From Leucoraja erinacea (taxonomy: Eukaryota), in contig NC_073377.1 of NCBI RefSeq assembly GCF_028641065.1, forward strand, positions 144,832,001 through 144,896,000: 64,000 nucleotides of DNA, given 5' to 3'. Below the pieces are notes generated by a model that ran no database searches, was not told the origin of the DNA, and saw only the letters and a list, made by a program, of their open reading frames with translations. Of the stretch, positions 52,498 to 64,000 are shown piece by piece (the first letter of the stretch is position 1; every line of letters starts with the position of its first letter). The translations under genes and the position numbers were made by a program.

Positions 52498-54330
52498 TTA
52501 CTAACTGCATCCGACTCTAACTTTATGACCTCATCCCCCAGATTAGAAAGTCAAGTGGATATTTAAAACACAATCATATAGCATTAAAAATGATTGGGAA
52601 AGCCATTGCATTGATATTAAGTGATAAGTTCATTTGGAATGTGGGTCACCTACAAGGAGCACAATTGTCAAAAGCCAATATGGTTTCAGACAAAGATTGA
52701 GAAACCAAGGAGGAATTATTACACACAGGAGTCTTTGCTGGAAGAATGAGAACTGACGCTTAATCACCAGTAGAATAAGGAGATTGAGAGTCCAGGACCT
52801 AGGAACAAAATGACAAAACTATAATTCGAAAATACAAAGGAGAACAGATTAGAGGTAAAGGAATTATCAGAGTCCTTCACTGGTATTGCCAACAGTTTAT
52901 TTCAAAATTAAAGAACAGATTGGGAGACCAGGTTATTTTACCAGCTATGATTTCCATTGATTGGAAGATCCTAGGTTATCGAATCTGTCAGCTGATTATC
53001 GAACACACAGAAACATAGAAAATAGGTGCAGGAGTAGGCCATTCGGCCCTTCAAGCCAGTACCGCCATTCAATGTGATCATGGCTAATCAGCCAAAATCA
53101 GTACGTCGTTCCTGTTTTCTCCCCTAATATCCATTGATTCCGTCAGCTCTAAGATCTATATCTAACTTCCTCTTGAAAAAATACTCTTCCAGAGTCACTG
53201 AACTCAGCGTTGACCAGGAGCTGAATCTTTCTAGGTCCTTGCCCTCCCTCCGTCTTCCTTCCATTTTCTTCCTCCTCTCTCTGCTTCTGGAGAAAGAGCA
53301 TCCAATAGCTACATGTCAATCTTTGCTTCAACGTAGTCACTGCTGAATGCTGCAGCCAAGGAAAACTTGTGAAAGAGGCTAATAATGAACAGGCATTGTG
53401 TTGCACGATGTAGGAACTCCCGTGCAGTCCACAGATGTCCACAGAGGGAAGAAGATTGTGAAGTAAGTTTGTTAATTACAGCAGTCAATGGGGAACCAGA
53501 AGCAATCCCCACCGACTGCCAGATCCCAGCCATGTTGTCTTTTCTGGTCTGGGTTTTGACCTTTCTCAGTCAGGTGCCAGGTCAAATTATAAAGCAAATA
53601 GGGTATCTCATAACAATCTTGTAAGAACTTATTCCCCATTGAAATGAGAGATGTGGTGAATAAAACAAAGAGCTGTTTGCAAAGCTACCTCTCAGTGGCG
53701 GGACCAAGCACAACGTGTAAAACATTTAAAACAAATAAAACATCTAAACCGAACTGGATGCCTCAAATTTATCTGAAGGGTTTCGACCTGAAACGTTGCC
53801 TATTTTCTTCGCTCCATAGATGCTGCCTTACCCGCTGAGTTTCTCCAGCATTTTTGTCTACCTTGGATGTCTCAAATGTGTTTTATCCAGTGCCACTGTA
53901 ATAGAAAAATAACATTGAAGGTTTTGAAAGGTAAGGGTAGAGAACAGCGCCACCTACAAATAGAGATGAGGGATTGCAAGACTAAAGAGTAATAAAGAAA
54001 AGAAGAAAAGCAAAGAATATGACAGAAAAGTCCAATAGTCATTGTGTAGGTGCAAGAACTCAAAGACCATTTCACAAATACCTAACAGATGACACCAGAA
54101 GTTTTAAGAAGGAAGAGCTCATCGGCAAACCTATCAATGCAATTTCAGTTTTGCATGATTTTTTATAAAAAGCATTCATTACAATTAATATGCTGATATT
54201 ACACACATCAGCATCAAACATTGCAGTTATTTCACTCCTACATTTTCATAGAGTTACAAACTGGCCCTTCAACCAACCTCATCTATTCTGACCATGAAGT
54301 ATCCAGTTATACAAATCCCATTAATCAGCA

Positions 54331-54618
54331 CTTTAGTTTAGTTTAGAGATACAGCACGAAAACAGGCCCTTCAGCCCACCAAGTCCACGCCGACCAGTGA
54401 TCCCCGCACACTAACACTATCCTACACACACTCGGGACAATTTACATTTATACCAAGCCAATTAACTTACAAACCTGTACGTCTTTGGAGTGTGGGAGGA
54501 AACCGAAGATCTCGGAGAAAATCCACGCAGGTCACGGGGAGAACATATAAACACTGTACAGACAGCACACTTAGTCGGGATTGAACCCAGGTCTCCGGCG
54601 TTGCAAGTGCTGTAAGGC
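54331..54618 (-). mobile_element. HE1-like V-SINE
   Basis: Reverse complement of the same family. Confidence 0.85.
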
Positions 54619-54689
54619 AAAAGCACTTGATCCATGGTTTACTTTGCTTAGGTAATCCAAGTGCTAATCCAAATGCTTCTTAAATGTAT

Positions 54690-57600
54690 GTGTAGATACT
54701 CTACCAACTTCCCAGGTGATACATTCCAGATGCACCCATCCTCCAGGTGAAAATATTCTTCCTCAGATCCCCTTTAAAGCTCTTATTCCTCACATTAAAC
54801 CTATGCCAGAATCTGGAACAAAAAAGAGAATTGCTGGAGAAACTCGGCAGGTCTGATAAAGGTCACTGACCCAGAACACTGACTGTTTCTCTTTCCAGAA
54901 ATGCTGAGTTTTCCAGTCATCATAAATCCTCCTTCTCCATTCCAGGCAGTCACAAGTGACAGGCGAGAGGTTTGAGATCTTTTCTCTAAGTAATCCATGA
55001 AAGGGGAATCCAAGATGGGATGGGATGGGATGGGAGAAATGACTGCTGCCCAACAAACCATGAAATTTGTGCTGGGTTTAAAGCCTTAATCTTCCAACCC
55101 CCTTTTCCTTACTCCTGATGTGTTGAAAGTGATAACACATTTCCACATTTATGCCTGCCTCGACTACGAGATACCAACTAAAATATGGGAGTGTTTCAGC
55201 AGTGAGGAAGTACAACAGAGCTTATAAACAAAAGGAATCAGGCAACTGAACCATCCAATGGAACCACCAACTTGAGCTACTTTCTACCACATTAGAGGCC
55301 TTTGAACTATCTTTGATCGGACATTACTGGACTTTATCTTGCACTAAACGTTATTCCCTTTATCTTGTACACTGTGCAATCATGCTCGATTGTAATCATG
55401 CATTGTGTTTCCGCTGACTGGTTAGCATGCAACAAAAGCTTTTTACTGTGTAGGAAGGAACTGCAGATGCAGGTTTACTTCGAAGATGGACACAAAATCC
55501 TGGAGTAAATCAGCAGGACAGGCAGCATCTCTGGCTAGAAGGAATGGGTGAAGAAGGGTCTCGATCCGAAATGTCACCCAAAAGCTTTTTACTGTTCCTT
55601 GGTGCACACGACAATAAACTAAACTAAACAGGAAGACAACAATTTAGTCACATTTTCTGGTGGTAGGCAAGAAAACATTGCTTGTATCTAATTTATGGAC
55701 AGAGCAAAAAACCGGTCATAACTACAACATAACATCCTGCACAGTAGATCAGCTCTGAGCACTGAACCAGTTTATTCTTTCTTTTGGGTATTAATACTTT
55801 GTACAGAAAGGGGGAAAGCAGTTCATTGAATAGCACCATAGCTGAGAACCACATTTTTCCATGAATATATGTTTTTGATGTACTATGCCTCCATTTTAAG
55901 ATGTGAAACCAGAATACAGTATATCAGCACAATGTCAACAAAACATAATCGCTAGAGAGAGCATGTAGTGTGCCAATTTGTTGCCATGTTTTCCAAATTA
56001 AAAATAATGGCCTGAGTTAATTAACTGGATGTGTAAATTGTTTGAGGAATTCTGAAATGAACGTGAAAGGGCCTATATAAACGGTGAATATTTTATTGAA
56101 TGCATGGTTGGCTATGGATGAAGTTATTTCCTACTGCTACTAAAAAGAAAAGCAGTCATATGGATAAGAAGCATATAGAATCCCAACATTTAAGCAGATA
56201 GACAGGTACATGAATAGGACAGGTTTGTAGGGATATGGACCAAATGCTGGCAGGTGGGACTCGTGGAACTGGGACATGTTGGCCGGTGTGAGCAAGTTGG
56301 GCCGAAAGGCCTGTTTCCACACTATCACTCTATGACTCTATGAGAAAAGTGTGGTACAAAATCAACAGGAGTTGGCCTGTGAGGGAACAATTCAACGTCA
56401 AAGAAATTAAGCTGGGTTTACGTGGCAAGGAAGGTGTGTGATCATGGCATGGAGAGATCAGCATATGAGCAGGGTGTCAGAATGAGAGGATTAAGAGGGA
56501 GAAAATTTTAACATTTTGATATTTTGCCACCACTAATAACTAGATAAATTAATATTCTGAATACATGTGTCATAAGCAAAGTCTCATACGCTAACTAGCG
56601 TATCATAATTAGAGGCAAGGTAGTACAATCAGGTGTATTGTAAACAAATCTGAAAAAAAAGTCAATCTTTAAAAGATGGGAGTACAAGCAGCAGTAAAAG
56701 TTTAACGCACAAACCATAAGGGCCTAGATCCTAGATACATTTGAGCAGATATTCTATTTTAGTGATATTGCTTGAGATTTCCAAGGTCTTCTTTGATTGT
56801 TGCAAAGGGATTTTTTTTCCATCCCTGCTTTCCAATGCTTTGCAAAGAAAAGGGCATCTTTGACAATGACATAGTCCTAATTTCTACACTGAGGCATCAG
56901 TATATTTTATGTATTCAGATCCCTGGTGTGTTGTTTGAATTCTCATCAGGTCCCTGGCGTGTTGTTGGAATTTGATCTAGAGTCAACAGCAGGCTGACAT
57001 TATTGCAGCTATTATACAGGCGTGGGGTCAAAACACCACTCCAATGTTAAACTGGTGAAACCATTTGCAACAAAGGGCAGGAACGAAGTCAAACTTTTCA
57101 TAGTAAGTTCCTGTGGGTGTGGCTCAGTTTGGATTTCCTTTGCCCTTGATGAAGGGATCACTTCACAAAAAATTACTTCCCAAGTTACAAAAGAACATAA
57201 GATCAAGGGGAAAAAATTAGGCCATTCGGCCCCTCGTGTTTCTCTGCCATTCAATAAAATCATGTCTAATTTCTTAACCAGAAATTCCAGCTTCCCAACC
57301 TAGTAGCTCATGGCTGCTCTTTAGTTGGTGGTTCAGTTGCCTGATTCCTTTTGTTTATATGCTCTGTTGTACTTCCTCACTGCTGAACCACTTCCATATT
57401 TTAATTGGTATCTTGTAGTCAAGGCAGGCATAAATGTGGAAATGTGTTATCACTTTCAACATACCAGGACTGAGGAAAAGGGTGTTTGAAGATTAAGGCT
57501 TTAAACCCAGCAATAAGATCATGGTGTGTTGGGCAGCAGTCATTTCTCCCATCCCATCTTGGATTCCCCTTTCATGGATCACTTAGAGAAAAGATCACAA

Positions 57601-57830
57601 ACCTCTTGCCTGTCACGTGTGACTGCCTGGAGTGGAGGAGGAGGATTTATGATGACTGGAAAAACTCAGCATTTCTGGAAAGAGAAACAGTCAGTGTTCT
57701 GGGTCAGCGACCTTTGTCAGTTTAATGTGGGGAATAAGAGCTTTAAAGGGGATCTGAGGAAGAATATTTTCACCTGGAGGATGGGTGCATCTGGTATGTA
57801 TCACCTGGGAAGTTGGAAGAGTATCTACAC
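54690..57830. repeat. Inverted duplication: arms ~54690-55281 and ~57302-57830
   Basis: Reverse-complement match; the ORF track shows near-identical peptides on opposite strands (HLGFPFHG.LREKI). Confidence 0.9.
55450..55578. mobile_element. Penelope-derived hammerhead unit with 17-bp TSD
   Basis: CAAAAGCTTTTTACTGT at 55433-55449 and 55579-55595. Confidence 0.8.
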
Positions 57831-58205
57831 TTGTGTTTGGTCCATATCCCTCTAAATCTGTCCTATCCGTGTACCTGTCCAAATGTTTCGTAAACTTTGC
57901 GATAGTACCTGCCTCAACTACCTCCTCTGGCAGCTCATTCCATACACCTACCACCCTTTGCATGAAAAAGTAACCTCAGATTCCTATTAAATCTTTCCGC
58001 CCTCACCTTAAACCCATGTCCTCTTGTCCTCGATTCACATACTCTGGGCACAAATTCTGTGTGTCTACCTGATCTATTCCTCTAATAATTTTATACGCCT
58101 TTATAAGATTACCCCTCATCCTCTTGCTCTCCAAGGAATAGAGTCCTAGCTTGTTCAACCTCTTCCCATAGCTCAGGCCTCGAGTCTTGGCAACATCCTC
58201 GTAAA
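57831..58205 (-). mobile_element. CR1 LINE 3' fragment
   Basis: QRVVGVWNELPEEVVEAGTI. Confidence 0.85.
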
Positions 58206-58811
58206 AAATTAGCGACCATTATAATGCCATTCATTCTGGCAATAATGTCCACTGTCCCATGAGAAACTGATGAGGTTATATTTGCTGCAGAATTCTAAAA
58301 GACACTACTTTGCCCTTGAGAAAATAACAAAGTAACCTGGAGAGCAGCATCCAGAGACAGGTGAAGCAGTGCTGTACAAGTCAAAAGCAAACCAGCACAT
58401 TGGCACTGCTCTTTCATACATTGGGAAAGGAAATTGCTTTGTGCAAAAGCAAACTATTAAGACAAGGAGTGTCAAAGTAAAGAGGACAAAGGAACCTGGA
58501 AACATAATGGAGGTAGGAAGTTAGATCCATAAAACTGATACTGCATAAATCCACTAGTCCCATTTAATTTCCCCCTTTGTTTTCTATCTGCTAATCAGTT
58601 CTTGACCCATACTTGTACAATGCCCCCAATGTAACCTTGTTTATCCCATCTGCAAATAATATCCCATTATTTAAAGCCTTCCAAAAATCAAAATAAACCA
58701 CATCCCACTGATTCCCATTCATCTCCTCTATTTGTTCCATCTGGAATAAAAACTCCAACAGTTAACCACATTGACTCTGCTTAACCATAGTATTGTTTCT
58801 TGGTCGTGACC

Positions 58812-59200
58812 TCATCCTTCATCATCATCGGCAGTCACTCGAAACGAGTATGACTGTCCTCTTTTGTGAGGACGCCTGTGCGTGACTTTGTTTAACGTGG
58901 GGAGGCTGGTGCACAGACAGCCACCACACGGTCCTTGACAGATCTGGATCAGGATCCAGTGGCATGGAGTCCAAGACGACTGGGGACCCTTTTCTGCTGC
59001 AGCCTTCATCCGCCTTCCCTGCCGTTGTGATGCTCCACTAAAGTCAGCCATCATCCTCCGCCTGTTCCACCGTTGAGGTCTTGGTTGGATTGATCTTTGT
59101 CAGGGACCTCCCCTCGACCTTACCGCCATGGGTGGCTCTACCAGGAGCATAGATCCGGATAGCATCGCTCTCAGGATCTCAGGTCCACACAAGCTTCTCA
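58812..59200 (-). mobile_element. RTE-clade LINE derivative (5' UTR-like region joined to 3' end)
   Basis: (GAT)n tail with hairpin CACTCGAAACGAGT at the left; RTE 5'-UTR-like CTCCTGGTAGAGCCACCCATGG on the minus strand at the right. Confidence 0.55.
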
Positions 59201-61948
59201 TTGTATATTTAGTCTATCTGCCGTGTATTTCCTTACGTTCTCTCCAACCATTCTTAAAATCATGATGTTGCTTCTGCTAATTTCCTATCCACTGGGACGA
59301 TTCCAGAATCTACAATCCCATTGAAAATGCAAACTATACCATCCACTAACAGCTGTAGCCTCTGCAGAACCCATTGTCTCTAAACCTCTGGTCCCAGAGT
59401 TTTAAAGGTAGCCATGATAAACTCCAAGACCACCAAATCCCTGAGATGAATTCGTTTTCAGGTTCCTTGACATCTTAATTACATTTTAAACTTTTTTACT
59501 TAAGCTGGGCATTGGCCTCCAGTATTTCTGGGGTGATTTTCATGTCTTCTCTGAAGGCCAACACAAGGTTGTTGCTTAGTTTATCCGTTACATCCTAAAT
59601 ATCCACACCAGTCTCTGTCAGTAAGGGACCCACATTTACAATCTCTAGTCTTTCATTTCTAAATAGTTACGTAAGCTCTCACTGTCTGTTTTTTTTTTTA
59701 ATGTATCCATGAGTTCATTCTCATATTCTAATTTCCCAAGTAATATAGATTACTGGAATTGGCAGCAAACGCTATCTCAAGAAGGCAGCTGATATCAACG
59801 GCGACCCACTCCACCCTGGCTACACTCTATTGCTCCTAGCATCAGGAAGCAGGAACCCAAGAACCATTACCTTCAGATCCAAGAACAGTTCTTGCCGTCT
59901 CCCAACAGGTCCCTAAAGAACAATGAACAATGGAGGACCCGGTGTGGTGTGGCCGCAGTGAGGGAGGGAGAGGGGAGCAGAACAATAGATGACCAGGCAT
60001 GGACCTGGCGCAGATACCTTGTAATTTTGTGAGCGCCCTTTACATGGCAACTATTTGTAAACCTTGGGTATGCAAGCAAAGAATTTTACTGTGACTTGTC
60101 ACATGTGACCAGAAAGTATTCCATTCCATTCCAACCCAACACAATCCTAACCATAACCCTACCTAAGCACCTAAGCACTCCAGACTTTGCACCACTGTGG
60201 TTGCTCCACGTGCATTGCATTTTGCAGGATCGTGGACTGGTTTACAAAGAATAACTGATTATTTATTGCAAATTTATTGATGTTGTCACATCTCATGTGC
60301 CTGTAACGATGCACCAAAGTAAGAATTTCATTGTTCTGGTTCATATCCAGTGCACATGACAAAAACACTTGCCATTCCTGAGTTACCCTTAGTTTTAAAT
60401 AATACAACGAAATCACATTGAAAAATAATGTATCCATTTTTCAGTTCTGATGTCATCTCATTGAAACATTAAATGCTGCTTTCTTCGTACATGCTGCCTG
60501 ACCTTCTGTGTTTAATTTTCTGATATTTTCAGGGTTGCGTTCGTTTTGCACATCGACATTACAGTGTTTTAATTTGTTTTATTGTATTTTTTTTTACCAG
60601 TTAGATAACATTGATATTGCTTGATACGTAACAACATATAACAGATGAAAATTTAAAATCAAGGTTTGGGCTTTTGTCATTCGAGATAAGCATGAACTTC
60701 TGGTCTTATTTCACTTTGAAATAAAATAACTTTTCTGTACAAGTATCCGTTGTCAGAGTAGTTCCTGACAGATAAAATATATTGTAATTTGAAACAAAGC
60801 TATCTACCTCCAGATAAATCAGAAAGTACAACTTGCTGCCATATTTTATTCTTCGGTGCAGGCAGACTGATTTAGACCTTGAATCAGGCAGTACTGAGTA
60901 CGTATATAGAGCAGCAAGTCCGCCAACATAAATACATGAGAGCAGCGAGCAAAGTGGTTGTATTCACACACCTATGCTGTACTCAAGAAATCGCTGCATT
61001 TTTCTCTTCACCATAAATGTCCTTCAAACACACGTGCCATTTAGGCAGAGGCTGATGTTCATCGCTCTCCCTCACACGCGACGACTTTCTGATGTTTACT
61101 GCTTTCCACTGACTCAGAACTAATCTGCGAATCAAAACTGCACGCACCCTTGTTAAAATAGCTAAACACTTCGAGTCAAGTTGTTGTCACACCGTCGCTG
61201 AGTCTTTCAACGCCGCCTCGGTATTGCATAGCAGCGAAGAACATAGAGAAATCGCGCACGGGGCTTTTTCAGACAACGTTCACTGGTTTATTAATCTAAA
61301 TCCAAATGTCTGGAGCAAAGAAAATAAAATGATGACAGACTAGTCAATCTATTGAACTTAAGCAAACAAGTGTCCAGGGTCAAGTGAAGCCGAACACTGG
61401 CCACATTCAACGGCTTCGGCCGGGTCATTCCAGGAGAAATATTCGGTCCCAGTGTGTCCTCTGCCTCTTGTCTGCATTTGTACTCCTTGCCCACCCACTG
61501 AATCAAACACAGCACCTTCAGAGAAACAACAACCGCTAACTCCCAATGCACACACGGATGGATGTTTACAGACGCCAGACTAACTGTGCAGCAAAAACTA
61601 TTCGTAAAACAAAATCCTCTCAGGGTTCCGAAACCGGGCAAAGTCGCTCTCAAATCTTCCCCCCACCACACACACCCGGAAGATAAAGTTGAATGAAAGA
61701 TCCCATCCCTCGGATATGTTTGGAGTTTGCAAGCACCGCGGCCAAGCCAGGTGTGATAGGGAAGGGGTTGGTCGCCCTGAGTTCAGGCTGGACAGGGCGG
61801 GAGGGAAGGAAGGGAGGGAGGAAGGGAGGGAGGGTGGACGCCCGGAGCCGCCCGCTCTCTCTCTCTCTCTCACACACACAGCCTCCCCTCTTCCAAACAT
61901 CCCACGCAGGGCTGCACAAAAGAAAACAAACAATAAACAGGTACATAC

Positions 61949-62110
61949 GTCTCGAAATTTGTTCCAATGCCCGGGCTCCTTGTCGTACTGCGAGACGGTG
62001 GTCAGCCATTGTTTATCATCCAGAAAATTGCCGTTGTCCGCGGCTGCACGGTGCCTGCCTTCTATCTGCAAAAAGGCTACAGCAGCAACACAGAGCAGGA
62101 CCTTTAGCAT
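61949..62110 (-). CDS. SPOCK3: Testican-3 first coding exon (signal peptide + N-terminal testican region), 54 codons, phase-0 donor
   Basis: Translates MLKVLLCVAAVAFLQIEGRHRAAADNGNFLDDKQWLTTVSQYDKEPGHWNKFRD, matching the vertebrate SPOCK3 N-terminus as I recall it (MLKV...GNFLDDKQWLTTISQYDKEVGQWNKFRD). Polypyrimidine/AG acceptor (ttctccctttctcgtttgcag) directly before the ATG; GTATGT donor after the GAC codon. Confidence 0.93.
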
Positions 62111-62278
62111 CTGCAAACGAGAAAGGGAGAATTTGTTGTTTTTTTTTGTTTAAATGCATCCATTCCGGGGGAGTAGGGGACACAGTGTGTGTAAAGAAAA
62201 AAATTGTAGTGCATATTGAAATGACGGTGTGTTGAAATGTGAGGTTTGTAAGCGGTGGGTGTTGTGGAGGAGCTTCAC

Positions 62279-62473
62279 CTTGCTTCTCGCTGCAGCTGCT
62301 GCGATGAGAGCTCGGTGCAGCCTCGAGCCTCTCTCGCCGTGCACGCGACTGGCGGGCGGGCACGCGCGCAGTCTTGCGCGTGCACGGCGGCGGCGGCGAC
62401 GACAGCCCGGCGCGTTCCCGACACATGCACCAGCGCAGCACCCCCCACCCCCGGAGCAGCGCGGTGCCGCCGC
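62279..62473 (-). promoter_or_regulatory. Putative non-coding exon 1 / CpG-rich promoter of SPOCK3
   Basis: CpG/GC-rich stretch with (CGG)n. Donor AG|GTGAAG at 62279/62278 gives a 168-nt intron to the acceptor at 62111. The transcription start cannot be determined. Confidence 0.6.
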
Positions 62474-62489
62474 TCTGTAGATTTCATAT

Positions 62490-62698
62490 GTGTGTTGAAA
62501 AGGAACTGCAGAAGCTGGTTTACACCGAAGATAAGACACCAAAAGCTGGAGTAACTCAGCGGGACAGGCAGTATCTCTGGAGAGAAGGCATGGGTGACCT
62601 TTCGGGTCTAGAGAAGGGTCTCGGCCCGGAAAGTCACGCATTCTTTCTCCCCAGAGATGCTGCCTGTCCCGTGGAGTTACTCCAGCATTTTGTGTCTA
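62490..62698. mobile_element. Fold-back Penelope-derived hammerhead unit with 16-bp TSD
   Basis: Two inverted half-copies; TCTGTAGATTTCATAT at 62474-62489 and 62699-62714. Confidence 0.85.
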
Positions 62699-63413
62699 TC
62701 TGTAGATTTCATATACGGGGTTGCACATTACATTAATTGATGAAACACAATAACGCCTTTCGTATTTTAAGTTCGGACTTACATTGACTAAAAGGGCCAG
62801 TGAATGTTTGCTACCTTCTTCCCATTAAGCGTAGGGGAATTGCAAGGTTCTGTTAAGAACCTTGTAGGAAGGAACTGCGGATGCTGGTCTACACCGAAGA
62901 TAGACACAAAATGCTGGAGCAACTCAGCGGGACTGGAGACAGAGAAGGGTGTCGACTCGAAACGACACCCATCCCTCTCTCCAGAGATGCCGCCTGTCCC
63001 GCTGGGTTACTCCAGCATTTTGTGTCTATCTTCTCCCGGAATGATGTGGGCATTTAATCTGCATACTATTTTAATAGTACTAATAACATTTTAAATTATT
63101 TACTCGTTTATGTTAAATTTTCGACAATTTAACTGTCTTACTCTCGTCTTTGTGCAAAAGGATATGGGCATATTTTATATGTAGTAAGGAACTGCAGATG
63201 TTGGTTTAAACCGAAGATAGACACAAAAAGCTGGAGTAACTCAGCGGGACAGGCAGCACCTCCGGAGAGAAGGGAGTGGGTGACGTTTCGGGTCGAGACC
63301 CTTCTTGAGACTAAGCTTTTATGACGTGTGGAAATAGTGCCGAGCTTGAACAAGACAAAAATGCTGGATAAACTCAGCGGGTGCAGCAGCATCTATGGAG
63401 CGAAGGAAATAGG

Positions 63414-63442
63414 CAACGTTTCGGGCCGAAACCCTTCTTCAG
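63414..63442 (-). ncRNA. Minimal hammerhead ribozyme motif
   Basis: rc: CTGAAGA-A-GGGT-TTCG-GCCC-GAAA-C-GTT-G; intact core with a UUCG-capped stem II. Confidence 0.6.
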
Positions 63443-64000
63443 GCAGCTGAAGTGAGAGTAGTCAACTTGATCGTCGAATATTATTATTTGTTCCACGAAG
63501 GACGCGCAGTTGTAATAATTACAGTTCGAGAATGACTATCAACGCTGCATCCCAATTTCACTTGCACGCCTCTTGAAAACGTGCGTGTTCAGTGTTTTGG
63601 ACTCTGATCAGGAAACCAATAAAAGCGCTTTTCAAAGTAGCACAGGAACTGAAGCAATAAATTCCACTTTTTAATAGCGAATGTTTATATTTCAGGTGGT
63701 TTTTAATTATTTGAACGAAGAAGGTCGCAAAGGTTGGAGTTATGAAGGGCAGAAACTATGCGGTCATTTATTGAGGTCCGGAAGGAAATCAGCACGTCTC
63801 GACATTCCGTTTAGGACGCCTCATGAAAACGAGCCATTCTATACGCCGGTTGCACTCAAACACGCCCAGTCTACCTTTCTCTGCTAAATTTTCCTGCTAT
63901 GCATTCACAGCACTCGTCTTAAATAATAACCATTAACGTTCTACTGTAAATTTTAATTGTCGTTGCTGAATCTGAAATTGCTATTCATGCAATAATGCCA

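Noticed and set aside
61508-61528. REST/NRSE site
   Set aside because: Only the CAGCACC half matches; the GGACAG half is missing.
61598-62116. 172-aa ORF as a complete SPOCK3 CDS
   Set aside because: Only 62110-61949 is exonic; the rest is read-through past the GT donor.

Overview
This is vertebrate genomic DNA, most likely from a skate or ray, judging by HE1-type V-SINEs, HER1/CR1 LINEs and Penelope repeats. The right end holds the 5' end of SPOCK3 (testican-3) on the minus strand: a putative CpG-rich non-coding exon 1 and the signal-peptide coding exon at 62110-61949. Almost everything to the left looks like a repeat-dense intron, and I could not find the next SPOCK3 exon. That region contains CR1, Rex1/Babar, RTE, Penelope, DIRS, solo LTRs, Helitrons and hAT/Harbinger/Tigger/ISL2EU-like DNA elements, plus one assembly gap. 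The main observations are: (1) a captured TDP2 exon-1 copy with its splice donor beside a hAT-type terminus; (2) many Penelope-derived short elements carrying minimal hammerhead-ribozyme motifs, some inserted as fold-back units with 16-17 bp target-site duplications (TSDs), one right next to the putative SPOCK3 exon 1; (3) a long-TIR element hiding a THAP-domain exon that the ORF track misses; (4) several local inverted duplications; (5) Helitrons carrying a promoter-like module. All identifications were made by eye, and repeat boundaries are approximate unless a TSD is quoted.
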